A stretch of 64,000 bases of DNA from assembly GCA_964477895.1 (NCBI GenBank), contig CAYZFQ010000002.1, positions 278,851 through 342,850 of the forward strand, read 5' to 3'. The first letter of the stretch is position 1. Every line of letters starts with the position of its first letter. The translations under genes were made by a program, and so were the position numbers. The notes below the pieces were generated by a model. The model did no database searches. It was not told the DNA's origin and saw only the letters and a program-made list of their open reading frames with translations. Shown piece after piece: positions 1 to 8,184 of this stretch. The DNA is from an uncultured Bacteriovoracaceae bacterium (lineage in GTDB: Bacteria > Bdellovibrionota > UBA2428).

Positions 1-152
1 GAGATTTAGCGGGGAATACTGGTTCGATGAGCTACGCGGCTACGATTATTTTATTCCGACAGAGTGTAAGTCAGAAGAGATGTAGAAATTTGTGATTTTG
101 CCCCCCGGCGGCTTTATTGGATGCTTTTTAAAGCGAAAATGAGGTCCGCTCC

Positions 153-186
153 GGGAGAGGGGGGAGGAGGGGGGGGGAAGAGGAAA
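153..186 (+). repeat. 34-nt homopurine tract with a G9 run
   Basis: GGGAGAGGGGGGAGGAGGGGGGGGGAAGAGGAAA read directly, with G9 at 169-177. It lies in a non-coding stretch of about 400 nt. Confidence 0.9.
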
Positions 187-364
187 TCACCCGAAGCGAA
201 CCACATTTTCTACGCACTGCTCCTACTTCAACTTTATGCTACTCCGCAACAACTCAATGAGGACAAAGGGTATTTTGCACGCGACATACCAAGTCAAAAG
301 TCGCTGAGAGACTCCTAAAAGCCAGATGGCCAAATTCCCCAAAAGTGTGGCCGGAAGCCGCCAA

Positions 365-389
365 CGACTGTCTAAAGTTTAGACAGTCG
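365..389. promoter_or_regulatory. Perfect 25-bp palindrome, candidate enhancer (UAS) site
   Basis: CGACTGTCTAAA-G-TTTAGACAGTCG has 12-nt arms that are exact reverse complements. It lies 57 nt upstream of the sigma-54-type promoter at 447-462. The core CTGTCTAAAGTTTAGACAG recurs at 20061-20079 and 60987-61005. Confidence 0.55.
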
Positions 390-446
390 AAGTATAGTTA
401 CTCGGCAAGCCGACCACTAATAATTTGATATTATTAAGTAATTTCA

Positions 447-462
447 TGGCAGCCCTTTTGCA
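447..462 (+). promoter_or_regulatory. Sigma-54 (-24/-12) type promoter
   Basis: TGGCAGCCCTTTTGCA compared with consensus TGGCACG-N4-TTGCW. GG (448-449) and GC (460-461) are separated by exactly 10 nt. It ends 36 nt before the ATG at 499. Confidence 0.6.
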
Positions 463-498
463 TCAATAGCTTAGGGACAGATTTTTCCAGGGGGTTTC

Positions 499-1818
499 AT
501 GAACAAGGTTTTGAGCTTTTCTACACTATTTGCCATCCAAATTATTACGGTTGCTTCATTAAGGGCCCAAGAGGGAGTGAAGAGAGAACCGGCAGTGGTG
601 GAGGAGGATGCAATCGGTAAGATTGTATCTAAGCTAGATAAGCTTGAGACCACGGCCGTAGGACAGGGTGGCTTAGAGGATGTGGCTAAAAAAATTGATG
701 CCATGTTCAATACGACGGGACAGCCGCTGAGTACGACTTGCGCGGTGGCGCAGGGGGCCAGCGTTCCCGCCGAATTGGCTCTTATGTATAAAATGCACTC
801 GGATGGTGAATTGCGGCGTCTTATAAAGGAGAAAAATAAACTGGTTAATGAAGGCACTGAACTCGAACGAGAACGTGCCAAGGTGGCGAGTGAAATTTAC
901 ACAACTAAAAGCAATATGCTCACAGATCATGAGATTGCTGAACAAAGACTTCGAGCCGAGGCCACAATTGCGAAACATGAGAGCGCGATCCAAGATCTAA
1001 AAAGGAGCATCTTTGGTGACGTAAACAGTATTAAAGTAAAACTTAATCATGAACTCGCTGAACTTCGAAATATCGCTTTGGATTCAGCCAGACACACTGA
1101 AGTAATTAATAGGCTAAGAGCCATGGGATCTAAAGATCTAGGCGATAGATTCACTGACATTTTCGAAATCATTAAACGAGAAGGTGACCTCTTAGAGCAA
1201 GTGGATACCACTGGAAATTTGGTCTCCGCGAAATCCGATATTTTCAACAACGTCATTGCTCAGAAAAAAAGTGAATTTGAATTCCTTTCGAAAAAGAGTG
1301 CAGAGCAGCTTGCCAAGCAAGAATTAGAACTCGCGCGCTTAAAGCAGCTCCAAGCTTTTCCAGAGCAAAGCCCACTGAGAAGTGAACGACTAGACCCCTT
1401 AGAAAAGAGACGCATTGAATTGGAAGCAAAGCTTTCAGCGACAGCAACCGCCGTTCAACAAAAAATTGAGCAACATACTGCTCTAGCCTCCGAACGCACC
1501 CACGCCAGGGGCACGGCAGGTGGCAAGGCGAAGTTCGGACTCAAGATTCTAGGTGATATCGCCATCCTCGTAGACTTTAGCGGCAAAGCCTACATGTGGA
1601 ATTTCACTAATGAGTCGCCCTCTGTTTGCTTTATAACCAAAGCGCTCGGCATCAACGATGTTCTCAGCAGCAGCCAGAAGCAAAAGGCACTTTATAATGA
1701 CGTTAAAAAGATAACTGCCGACGTCTGGGAAGAAAGTGTTGAAAAAATTCAAGAATGGAAAGGTGGGCACACTAAGGAACCGGCGAGCGCAACACCTTCC
1801 CCTGAAGCTAGAGAATAA
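499..1818 (+). CDS. Secreted coiled-coil protein of unknown function
   Basis: 439-aa ORF with an AGGGGG RBS before the ATG. The N-terminus MNKVLSFSTLFAIQIITVASLRAQE looks like a signal peptide. The middle is long and E/K/L/A-rich in a heptad-like pattern. No family recognised. Confidence 0.6.
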   Translation: MNKVLSFSTLFAIQIITVASLRAQEGVKREPAVVEEDAIGKIVSKLDKLETTAVGQGGLEDVAKKIDAMFNTTGQPLSTTCAVAQGASVPAELALMYKMHSDGELRRLIKEKNKLVNEGTELERERAKVASEIYTTKSNMLTDHEIAEQRLRAEATIAKHESAIQDLKRSIFGDVNSIKVKLNHELAELRNIALDSARHTEVINRLRAMGSKDLGDRFTDIFEIIKREGDLLEQVDTTGNLVSAKSDIFNNVIAQKKSEFEFLSKKSAEQLAKQELELARLKQLQAFPEQSPLRSERLDPLEKRRIELEAKLSATATAVQQKIEQHTALASERTHARGTAGGKAKFGLKILGDIAILVDFSGKAYMWNFTNESPSVCFITKALGINDVLSSSQKQKALYNDVKKITADVWEESVEKIQEWKGGHTKEPASATPSPEARE

Positions 1819-1837
1819 ATATTGTTGGCATCAGAAG

Positions 1838-1859
1838 TAACCGTTTCAATAGACGGTTA
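1838..1859. terminator. Hairpin between convergent genes (weak terminator candidate)
   Basis: TAACCGT-TTCAATAG-ACGGTTA forms a 7-bp stem with an 8-nt loop. There is no clear U-run. It overlaps the stop codon of the minus-strand gene. Confidence 0.3.
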
Positions 1860-3131
1860 CTTCTTTGTCCTTAGCAAGACACTGTCTCGAATAAACGTCT
1901 CCGCACTCTCGATATTGAGCACTTCTTCAGGCAAGGCCTCGGGATATAAAATCTTTTTCTGCAATTTAAAGCCCATAATTTCGGCCCGAAAAAAGCGGTG
2001 CCGAAACTCGAACTCCTCCTGTAAGATTTCTTGCAACTGCAAGGGCGAGATCTTACCTTTGGCCTCAAGGCTAATCATCGCGGCAGTAAAGGGGCTTTCT
2101 TCCCGAGATTCAACATTGGCAATCCACTGCTTTAGGAAAGGATTTTCCCGCGCCGATATCCTGAGGGCCTTGCGATCCCGAGCGTAGGCATGGGCAAAGT
2201 TTAGCTCATAGAATAAAACTCTATGATCACGAATTAAGGCATCTAGACGGCTTTCATCGGGTAAGCTTTGAAAATGAGCCTGGGGCAAAACACCCTCCTC
2301 GGTGTTCACACCCTTCTCCGCTAAATCTCTTACGGGTTTAAAAAAAGGATCATCCCATACTTTGGCTTTGCGCTTCGCCAAAGAATCCTTGAGAAATTTT
2401 TTCTCTAGATAGCGGTGAAGATTTCTGAGTTTAAGGCGTCTCTGAAAAGCGAGTGCCCGAATTTCTGCCGCGTCCAGCCCCTCACTCCTCCCCTGCTCCC
2501 CAATCCATTTATAAAATAGATCATGAGCTAGGGCCTCGTCCCATAGGGGAGAATTTCTGTCGAGCTTGTCGTAGACGGTCGATACCACAGCCTCGTCGAA
2601 ATTATCATCTACCAAAAGCATCCAAATTATCGACCCCGCCATACCCATCGCCACAAAGGTCACCGGGGACCTAAACTCCAAACGCTCATTGAAAAAAGTT
2701 TCGGTAGCAAGAAGCTGAGGTGTGCGCCAAAAGCTTTCCTGCATTCCCTTCCAAAAACTAAGCTCGTAGGCTTTCCGATCAAAAAACTTCGACCTTTGGG
2801 TGAGAGCACGAACGAGGGGCTGGTGAATATTCCATACCTTTAAGAAGGCTAAGCGAGATTTTTGGTCGCTAGGCTTCGTGAAGAATCCATTGAGGGGGGA
2901 AACTGTTGGGTCCAAGGGCTCTGCTTTTTTTAGAAGCGAGTAATGCCAACCGTTGTTACGCACGTCCCATATATATTCATAGGCTTTTTCATTAAAAGAC
3001 TGCACAAGTTTTTCGGGGGCTAAGCGCTTAAAAAACTCGTTGCAGATGGGCGCACGTTTAAGGTCTGCGCGGGCGGCCGCAGACCCCAAGGCTAAACTCA
3101 GCATCAGTAGACGTGCGAGGACACTTTTCAT
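1857..3131 (-). CDS. Secreted hypothetical protein
   Basis: 424-aa ORF with a signal peptide MKSVLARLLMLSLALGSAAARA. No recognisable catalytic motif. Confidence 0.6.
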   Translation of the reverse strand: MKSVLARLLMLSLALGSAAARADLKRAPICNEFFKRLAPEKLVQSFNEKAYEYIWDVRNNGWHYSLLKKAEPLDPTVSPLNGFFTKPSDQKSRLAFLKVWNIHQPLVRALTQRSKFFDRKAYELSFWKGMQESFWRTPQLLATETFFNERLEFRSPVTFVAMGMAGSIIWMLLVDDNFDEAVVSTVYDKLDRNSPLWDEALAHDLFYKWIGEQGRSEGLDAAEIRALAFQRRLKLRNLHRYLEKKFLKDSLAKRKAKVWDDPFFKPVRDLAEKGVNTEEGVLPQAHFQSLPDESRLDALIRDHRVLFYELNFAHAYARDRKALRISARENPFLKQWIANVESREESPFTAAMISLEAKGKISPLQLQEILQEEFEFRHRFFRAEIMGFKLQKKILYPEALPEEVLNIESAETFIRDSVLLRTKK

Positions 3132-3222
3132 CCTCTCTACATCGGAAAATTTAATTAATTTCTTGGGTCAGTAAATTGACGGGTGCGTAGGGCACACCCA
3201 CCGGGCTCCAAGACAAAGTCAG

Positions 3223-3369
3223 AAAGCCAATATGCATTTATTTATATATGGGGCACCTAGGAGCCAATACGAGAGGCCAGCTTTTTGAGCGGCGGAAATT
3301 TTTGAAAAAATCGACCTCTCTAATGGGCGCACAAGCCCCTCATATATGAAAATATGCATATTGGGCTTT
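3223..3369. repeat. AT-rich inverted-repeat element (about 147 bp), MITE- or sRNA-like
   Basis: Arm A is 3223-3253 (AAAGCCAATATGCATTTATTTATATATGGGG). Arm B is 3336-3369 (CCCCTCATATATGAAAATATGCATATTGGGCTTT), an imperfect reverse complement of A. A nested 6-bp inverted repeat GAGAGG/CCTCTC lies inside. The 22-mer ATATATGGGGCACCTAGGAGCC (3244-3265) matches 13598-13619 at 20 of 22 positions. Confidence 0.6.
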
Positions 3370-3439
3370 TGCTTGTGAGTTTGGCAGCCCGTCATCGAAA
3401 GGCGACTGGCGCTTTTTCATGTAGGCGCTGCTTCAAATC

Positions 3440-4006
3440 CTAGCGCCCACTCATAGCAACCCAGTTAGGTCGACGATCGGCCACAGTACTCTCCTGGATA
3501 AATCGATTCATGAGCGACACCACACCCTTGGGCCAGTGCATATTGTTTTGCGCGCCGTCGTTGATGCCGATGGGCGCATAGACCGAGGCAATGTGATCCA
3601 CCCGCTCAAGACCGCGGCTGAGGTAGGTTTTACGTAGGTTGCTAGCAGCGAAGCGAAGGCCTCGGCTGAGAGACTTAAATTTAGCAAAGCGACCTCTCAC
3701 AAAAAGCCCTGCGGGGTTGTTGTGACGGCGAGCGCGGTCGGACTTACCCCAGCCGGTTTCCCAGGCCAGAACTGCAGCAAAAAAGACGGGGTCGAGCCCA
3801 TGTTCGTTGGCCAAAGATATAATTTCGGGGCCGCGGTTTTTAAGAAAACCGTCTGCAAACAGTAGATTCAACCGATGGGCCGATAGAGGCCGAGGTGTGC
3901 GTACGTTGCTCTTAATGGAGACTCTCCAGTGATCCACACTTGAGGCTTGGACGAGTCCTATAGCTAGGCTTAATGAGGCCATTTGTAAGGCGATACGTTG
4001 TCGCAT
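3440..4006 (-). CDS. Secreted peptidoglycan hydrolase with a glucosaminidase (FlgJ C-terminal-like) domain
   Basis: 188 aa with a signal-like N-terminus. The motif DPVFFAAVLAWETGWGKS...HNNPAGLF is typical of the mannosyl-glycoprotein endo-beta-N-acetylglucosaminidase domain. It is paralogous to the C-terminus of 61102..62439. Confidence 0.7.
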   Translation of the reverse strand: MRQRIALQMASLSLAIGLVQASSVDHWRVSIKSNVRTPRPLSAHRLNLLFADGFLKNRGPEIISLANEHGLDPVFFAAVLAWETGWGKSDRARRHNNPAGLFVRGRFAKFKSLSRGLRFAASNLRKTYLSRGLERVDHIASVYAPIGINDGAQNNMHWPKGVVSLMNRFIQESTVADRRPNWVAMSGR

Positions 4007-4029
4007 CTCCCCTCCCTTATCCTTAAAGT

Positions 4030-4045
4030 TGCAAGGGTGGGGCCA
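4030..4045 (-). promoter_or_regulatory. Sigma-54 (-24/-12) type promoter
   Basis: The minus strand reads TGGCCCCACCCTTGCA with exact GG-N10-GC spacing and a perfect TTGCA. It ends 23 nt before the ATG at 4006, which has the RBS AGGGAGGGGAG. Confidence 0.5.
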
Positions 4046-4197
4046 ACGAAAGCCTTATAATTTCAGCTAGTTAGATTCGCAAAATCGACGATCTATCAGT
4101 CGGGGTGACCAAGCTTTGGTCGAAATTCTAAAAAATAAGCCAATATAATTAGTCACTTAAGCATAACGCGCCGCCTACGTGAGAAAGCGCCAGGCGC

Positions 4198-5223
4198 CTA
4201 TACCCGATCGCTACGTGAGTACATGAGCTGATCTGCTAATATTATCCATAACATAGCCTCAAGGACCGGGAGGGCTCGGGGAACGATGCAAGGGTCGTGG
4301 CGGCCCTTTTTAGCGACGTCTAGGACCGAAGATGTGGGCTTAAAAGCCACTCGGGCAATGATGTCTTGGCCGGTGCTGATTCCTCCGCGGATGCCTCCGT
4401 AAGGCCCTTCGCCTTGGTTATGGAAGGCGCTGCCTTCTTCACCTATTACGGCGAAACCTTCGCCGATTTCAAAGCCTGCTGTTGCCCCTAAGCTCATAAA
4501 GGCTTGGGCCATCTGGGCCTTTAATTTTAAAAATACCGGCTGGCCTAAGAAGGGCGGGGGCTGGCGCACCACAACTGTGGCGAGGCCCCCGTAGCTCTTA
4601 CCTTGGGCTTTGGCGTCTAATAATAATTTCTCTACATTCTGGCTTTGGTCCCGGGAGGGAAAACGTCCCACAAAGGCATCAATATCCTTCGTCGACAGTT
4701 GGCTTTGGGCCCTTTCAACGTCGCTGGCACTGAGAGAGTAAGGACCAATTTTTTGGGCAAAGGAAAGCACCTGGCTTTGAGGAGACAATTTTCGCACCAG
4801 CATTTGGGCAAAGGCGCCACCTATGACACGTGACAAAGTCTCTCGCCCCGAACTTCGACCCCCGCCACGCGGATCACTCCATCCAAACTTTTTCACCCAC
4901 ACATCATCGGCATGGCCCGGACGAGGTGCTAAATTTTTATAGTCTTGCGAGCGCGCATCATGATTTCGCACAATAACCGCAATCGGAGTTCCCAAAGTCT
5001 TCCCATCAAAAACTCCACTTAATATTTCGGGATGGTCGTCTTCAGCTCGGCCACTCACCACAGCAGAGGAACCGGGACGCCGGCGCTCAAGTGCATTCTT
5101 TAACAAGGCCTCATCGACCTCTAACCCCGCCGGGCATCCCTCGATGACCACACCCAGAGCCGGGCCATGACTTTCCCCAAAACTTGTGATGCGAAAGCGT
5201 TCTCCAAAACTATTGGCCGTCAT
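4198..5223 (-). CDS. aroC: Chorismate synthase
   Basis: The N-terminus FGERFRITSFGESHGPALGVVIEGCPAG and the later motifs GGGRSSGRET and RHDPC are as in AroC. Its start overlaps the upstream gene's stop by 14 nt. Confidence 0.95.
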   Translation of the reverse strand: MTANSFGERFRITSFGESHGPALGVVIEGCPAGLEVDEALLKNALERRRPGSSAVVSGRAEDDHPEILSGVFDGKTLGTPIAVIVRNHDARSQDYKNLAPRPGHADDVWVKKFGWSDPRGGGRSSGRETLSRVIGGAFAQMLVRKLSPQSQVLSFAQKIGPYSLSASDVERAQSQLSTKDIDAFVGRFPSRDQSQNVEKLLLDAKAQGKSYGGLATVVVRQPPPFLGQPVFLKLKAQMAQAFMSLGATAGFEIGEGFAVIGEEGSAFHNQGEGPYGGIRGGISTGQDIIARVAFKPTSSVLDVAKKGRHDPCIVPRALPVLEAMLWIILADQLMYSRSDRV

Positions 5224-6982
5224 TTGCCTTCCAAAATTGCTGTTGCAGGTAAGCTTGTCGATGAAAGATTTTTAAGCCTGAAAGATAGCATGCTCCCACC
5301 TGGAGGGCGTAAGCCCGAGCCTCTGAGTCTTCCCGGTAATTTAAATCAATAACTTTTTGAGGCCGCCAAGAATTTACCGGAGCAGGAGCGCGGGGACCTG
5401 CGGCCCAAATTAAAAATTGGGGACTTGCCGCTGGACTTCCCTTCCGCAAAGAATTTTTAGAAGCGGAGTAAAAACTGGCCCGTGGTAAAATTTTTTGGAT
5501 GGCCGCCAAGACTCCGCCCCCACCCCACACCACGATTTCTACGCTACCGTCTCGCGGAAGCCCTTCTAATAAAGACTCCAGTCCACCGAAATCTGTGTTC
5601 TCCGTGCGAATTTCTTTAGATCCTTCGGCAATAAATAAAGTGTTGGCAGATTCTAGTTCTTGGACCAGCGCTGACTTGTTTGGGCCAAAAGCCGCTGCGA
5701 GTTTTTTTAGAGGGCTAGTGATAGCAGCGGCCCGCAGTCCCAGCGATTCTAGGACCGGCAGGGCCTGGGAAAAATTTTCCGCAGCTAGGGGAACGGCCAC
5801 AAAGGGCATTCCCCGCTGAGCAAAGAATTTTTCATGTTCCGTGGGACTTAAGCTGTGCTTCACGGGATCTCCCAGGACGGCAGCAAAGAATCTCCCGGAG
5901 CTTTTCTTCGCCGACATAAGTTCCAGCAATGTCGGCTGATCAAATGCTGACCCCTCACCTTCACGAAAGAAAGCCCACGGCATGCGCTGAAAACTTAAAC
6001 TTCGATACCAACTCCAGGCCCCATCTTGGCTGCGAGGTAAAAATATTCTTGAACGGGGGTCCTCTTGCTGCCAGGCATCGCCCGCCAACAAGTCGGCAAA
6101 TGAAGAAATTTCGGGCGCATATTTTAAAATTCGAGGTGAGAATTTCTCCAAAAGACCAAAGTCATCAGAAATTCTCTCAGACTTCCTATGCAAACTCACG
6201 ACTGTGGCCGAGCGATCGGCCTCTCCGCCTAATTCCAAAGCATAATCAATTCCAAAAAACTTTAGCGACTCCAACTCTGAGGGCAGCTTCGGATTTTTCC
6301 TTAAAGAAAGAAGAATTTTTTCTGGAGGGAGGAGGTCTAAAACTTCCAAGATCTTTTCCAAACTGAGCAAATCGTCTCGAAGCTCAAAAGCTTTTAGGCC
6401 CCAGCCCAGCCGCCGGCCTAAAAAACTTTTGAGCTGGGCCCTAGGGACCTCCACTTGCCGCGGCAACAATGTGAGCACCCCGCCCAACGCGCAAATCTCA
6501 TCCCTAAAATACTCCGCCTCCCCCGAAAAATTCTCTCGAGTCTCGCGTAAAATAATTTCATCGGTGGCAATTTTTGAATAATGTTTTCTGCGCGCATCTC
6601 GCCGACTGAGATAATCTTCTAGAGGCGCCAAGCCCGGAGCCAGGGCGGGTCGATCAAAGAATATCCGACCCGACTCATCGCTTACTCGCTGCACCCAAAG
6701 GACCCGTGCCTCTTTGGGCAAATCTCCGCTAAAGCCCGCACCGAGTGCGATAAAAGCGTCGGCCCCATTTAAGCGCTTTAGAATTTCATCCAGTAAAGCA
6801 ATTTCAGCTCTACGAAAATATTCTTCTCCATAGAGACGAAAGACCTCGGCTGAATTGAGGCCCAGATTTCGCTCCAACTCTGAATCTAAATCGAGGCACT
6901 GAGATGTGGGTAAATAGTCCGCGATGCGTTTGAGCAGAGAGGATTTTCCCACTCCCCGCTGACCCACGAGGAAGGTGATCAC
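5210..6982 (-). CDS. Trifunctional shikimate kinase / type I 3-dehydroquinate dehydratase / shikimate dehydrogenase fusion
   Basis: 590 aa. The N-terminus has a P-loop GQRGVGKSS plus DLDSELE (AroK). The middle has FELRDDLL, VSLHRKS and ILKYAPE (type I AroD-like). The C-terminus has LGDPVKHSLSPTEHEKFF, NTDFGG and VWGGGGVLAA (AroE). A GTGA start/stop overlap links it to aroA. Confidence 0.85.
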   Translation of the reverse strand: MITFLVGQRGVGKSSLLKRIADYLPTSQCLDLDSELERNLGLNSAEVFRLYGEEYFRRAEIALLDEILKRLNGADAFIALGAGFSGDLPKEARVLWVQRVSDESGRIFFDRPALAPGLAPLEDYLSRRDARRKHYSKIATDEIILRETRENFSGEAEYFRDEICALGGVLTLLPRQVEVPRAQLKSFLGRRLGWGLKAFELRDDLLSLEKILEVLDLLPPEKILLSLRKNPKLPSELESLKFFGIDYALELGGEADRSATVVSLHRKSERISDDFGLLEKFSPRILKYAPEISSFADLLAGDAWQQEDPRSRIFLPRSQDGAWSWYRSLSFQRMPWAFFREGEGSAFDQPTLLELMSAKKSSGRFFAAVLGDPVKHSLSPTEHEKFFAQRGMPFVAVPLAAENFSQALPVLESLGLRAAAITSPLKKLAAAFGPNKSALVQELESANTLFIAEGSKEIRTENTDFGGLESLLEGLPRDGSVEIVVWGGGGVLAAIQKILPRASFYSASKNSLRKGSPAASPQFLIWAAGPRAPAPVNSWRPQKVIDLNYREDSEARAYALQVGACYLSGLKIFHRQAYLQQQFWKANDGQ

Positions 6983-8178
6983 GGGAGGAGGCCTAAAAAC
7001 TCCGGGAAACTTTTCTTCACAACCTCGGCGTCCCGAAGATTCACTTTAAAGCCCATCCACTGCAAAATCCCGGCAGCCATCACCCACCGGTGATCTTGGG
7101 CCGGGTCCCATTCCACGGGAGCCAACCTCGAGATTTCACCCTCATCAAAGGTCTTACCCTCAATATGCAAAGTGTCGCTGGCATAGTAGGCTTTGCGCCC
7201 CACTTTTTCACAAAGCTCAAGGGCCTTGGCTATACGATCGGACTCCTTGCCCTTCAAATGCGCCACTCCCGAAAGCTCAGAAGTCCCCTCAGCCGCCGCA
7301 CAGAGGACCGACAGGCAAGGAAGCAAATCCGGAGTGGAATTTAAATTCATGGAAAGAGGCTTGAGGGCTTCGGCTCGGCGCACCTCCAGAGTATTTCCCT
7401 CTTTATTCATAGCCACCCCCATTTTGTGCAAGAGCCCTACAAAGCAAAGATCGCCCTGAGCACTGTCCCAGGGAAAGTCTTCTAACTGAGCTTCACCCGC
7501 CACTGCGGCCAAAGAGGCCAAAGCAAAGGCCGAGCTCAAATCACTTTCCACTACAAAATTTTGGGGCCGAGGATTTTGGTTTTTAAAAACCGTGAGCAAA
7601 TTCTCTTTATTCTCAAAACGGAGCCCCGCTTTTTTAAGAATCGAGAGCGTCATCTGTAGATAAGATTCAGACACTCCCTCGGGATCCACCTGCACCTTTA
7701 AATCAAAGGGCAGTTTCCAACTGCTCAAAAGCAGCGCACTTAAAAACTGAGAAGACTCCTTTTGATCAACCACCAGGGCCCCCGGGGGCTCGCGCCAACC
7801 TTGGCTTGAAATGCGCAGCTCGGATTTTTCTTGATCCAAGTCTGCCTTCACTCCCAAAGAACCTAGAAGCCCTAAAAGCCCGGCCTGCGGGCGGGCCATT
7901 AATCGTTCACTGCCGCGCAAGGTGAATTCTCCGCGAAAGCGCGAAACTCTAAGCGCCAAAAAGCGCAGAACCGTGCCGGCCGATCCACAGTCAAAATCTC
8001 GAGCACCGGCTTGCAAGTTTTCCAAGGCCCGCTTCATCAAACGCACATCTTCACATTCAGAATCCCCTGTGAGACGCAGGTCGGAATTAAAAGAACGCAC
8101 AATAGCCCAACGATTAAAAAGAGATTTCGAAGCGGGAATTCGCCCTTTATAAAAAAATGGGACCAAAGAATTATTCAT
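6979..8178 (-). CDS. aroA: 3-phosphoshikimate 1-carboxyvinyltransferase (EPSP synthase)
   Basis: 399 aa with IPASKSLFNRWAIV, GSAGTVLRFL and a C-terminal DHRWVMA motif. Confidence 0.93.
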   Translation of the reverse strand: MNNSLVPFFYKGRIPASKSLFNRWAIVRSFNSDLRLTGDSECEDVRLMKRALENLQAGARDFDCGSAGTVLRFLALRVSRFRGEFTLRGSERLMARPQAGLLGLLGSLGVKADLDQEKSELRISSQGWREPPGALVVDQKESSQFLSALLLSSWKLPFDLKVQVDPEGVSESYLQMTLSILKKAGLRFENKENLLTVFKNQNPRPQNFVVESDLSSAFALASLAAVAGEAQLEDFPWDSAQGDLCFVGLLHKMGVAMNKEGNTLEVRRAEALKPLSMNLNSTPDLLPCLSVLCAAAEGTSELSGVAHLKGKESDRIAKALELCEKVGRKAYYASDTLHIEGKTFDEGEISRLAPVEWDPAQDHRWVMAAGILQWMGFKVNLRDAEVVKKSFPEFLGLLP

Positions 8179-8184
8179 GCACCT

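Noticed and set aside
1-120. GCGGGGAATACTGGTTCGATGAG near the window start resembles the 5' end of tmRNA (GGGGCUGAUUCUGGAUUCGAC). On the opposite strand, GCGTAGCTCA resembles a tRNA acceptor/D-arm.
   Set aside because: Within the next 400 nt I could find no matching 3' acceptor strand, T-arm (GGTTCGAATCC-like), CCA end or tag-peptide reading frame ending in Ala-Ala-stop. The D-arm cannot close. Frame 2 (2-85) is open and may instead be the last 27 codons of an upstream gene, but that is unsupported.
121-318. 65-aa ORF containing a Gly7 run.
   Set aside because: The Gly run is simply the translation of the homopurine/G9 tract. There is no RBS and no recognisable fold, so it is treated as non-coding.
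3382-3397. TGGCAGCCCGTCATCG shares its first 9 nt with the sigma-54 promoter at 447-462.
   Set aside because: The -12 GC is missing at the required spacing and there is no plus-strand gene downstream. It is mentioned only as a possible relic within the finding at 3223-3400.
4157-4170. TCACTTAAGC resembles the inner part of a family-E arm.
   Set aside because: Only 9-10 nt match, the rest of the arm (CGCACAGTT) is absent, and no inverted partner lies within 200 nt.
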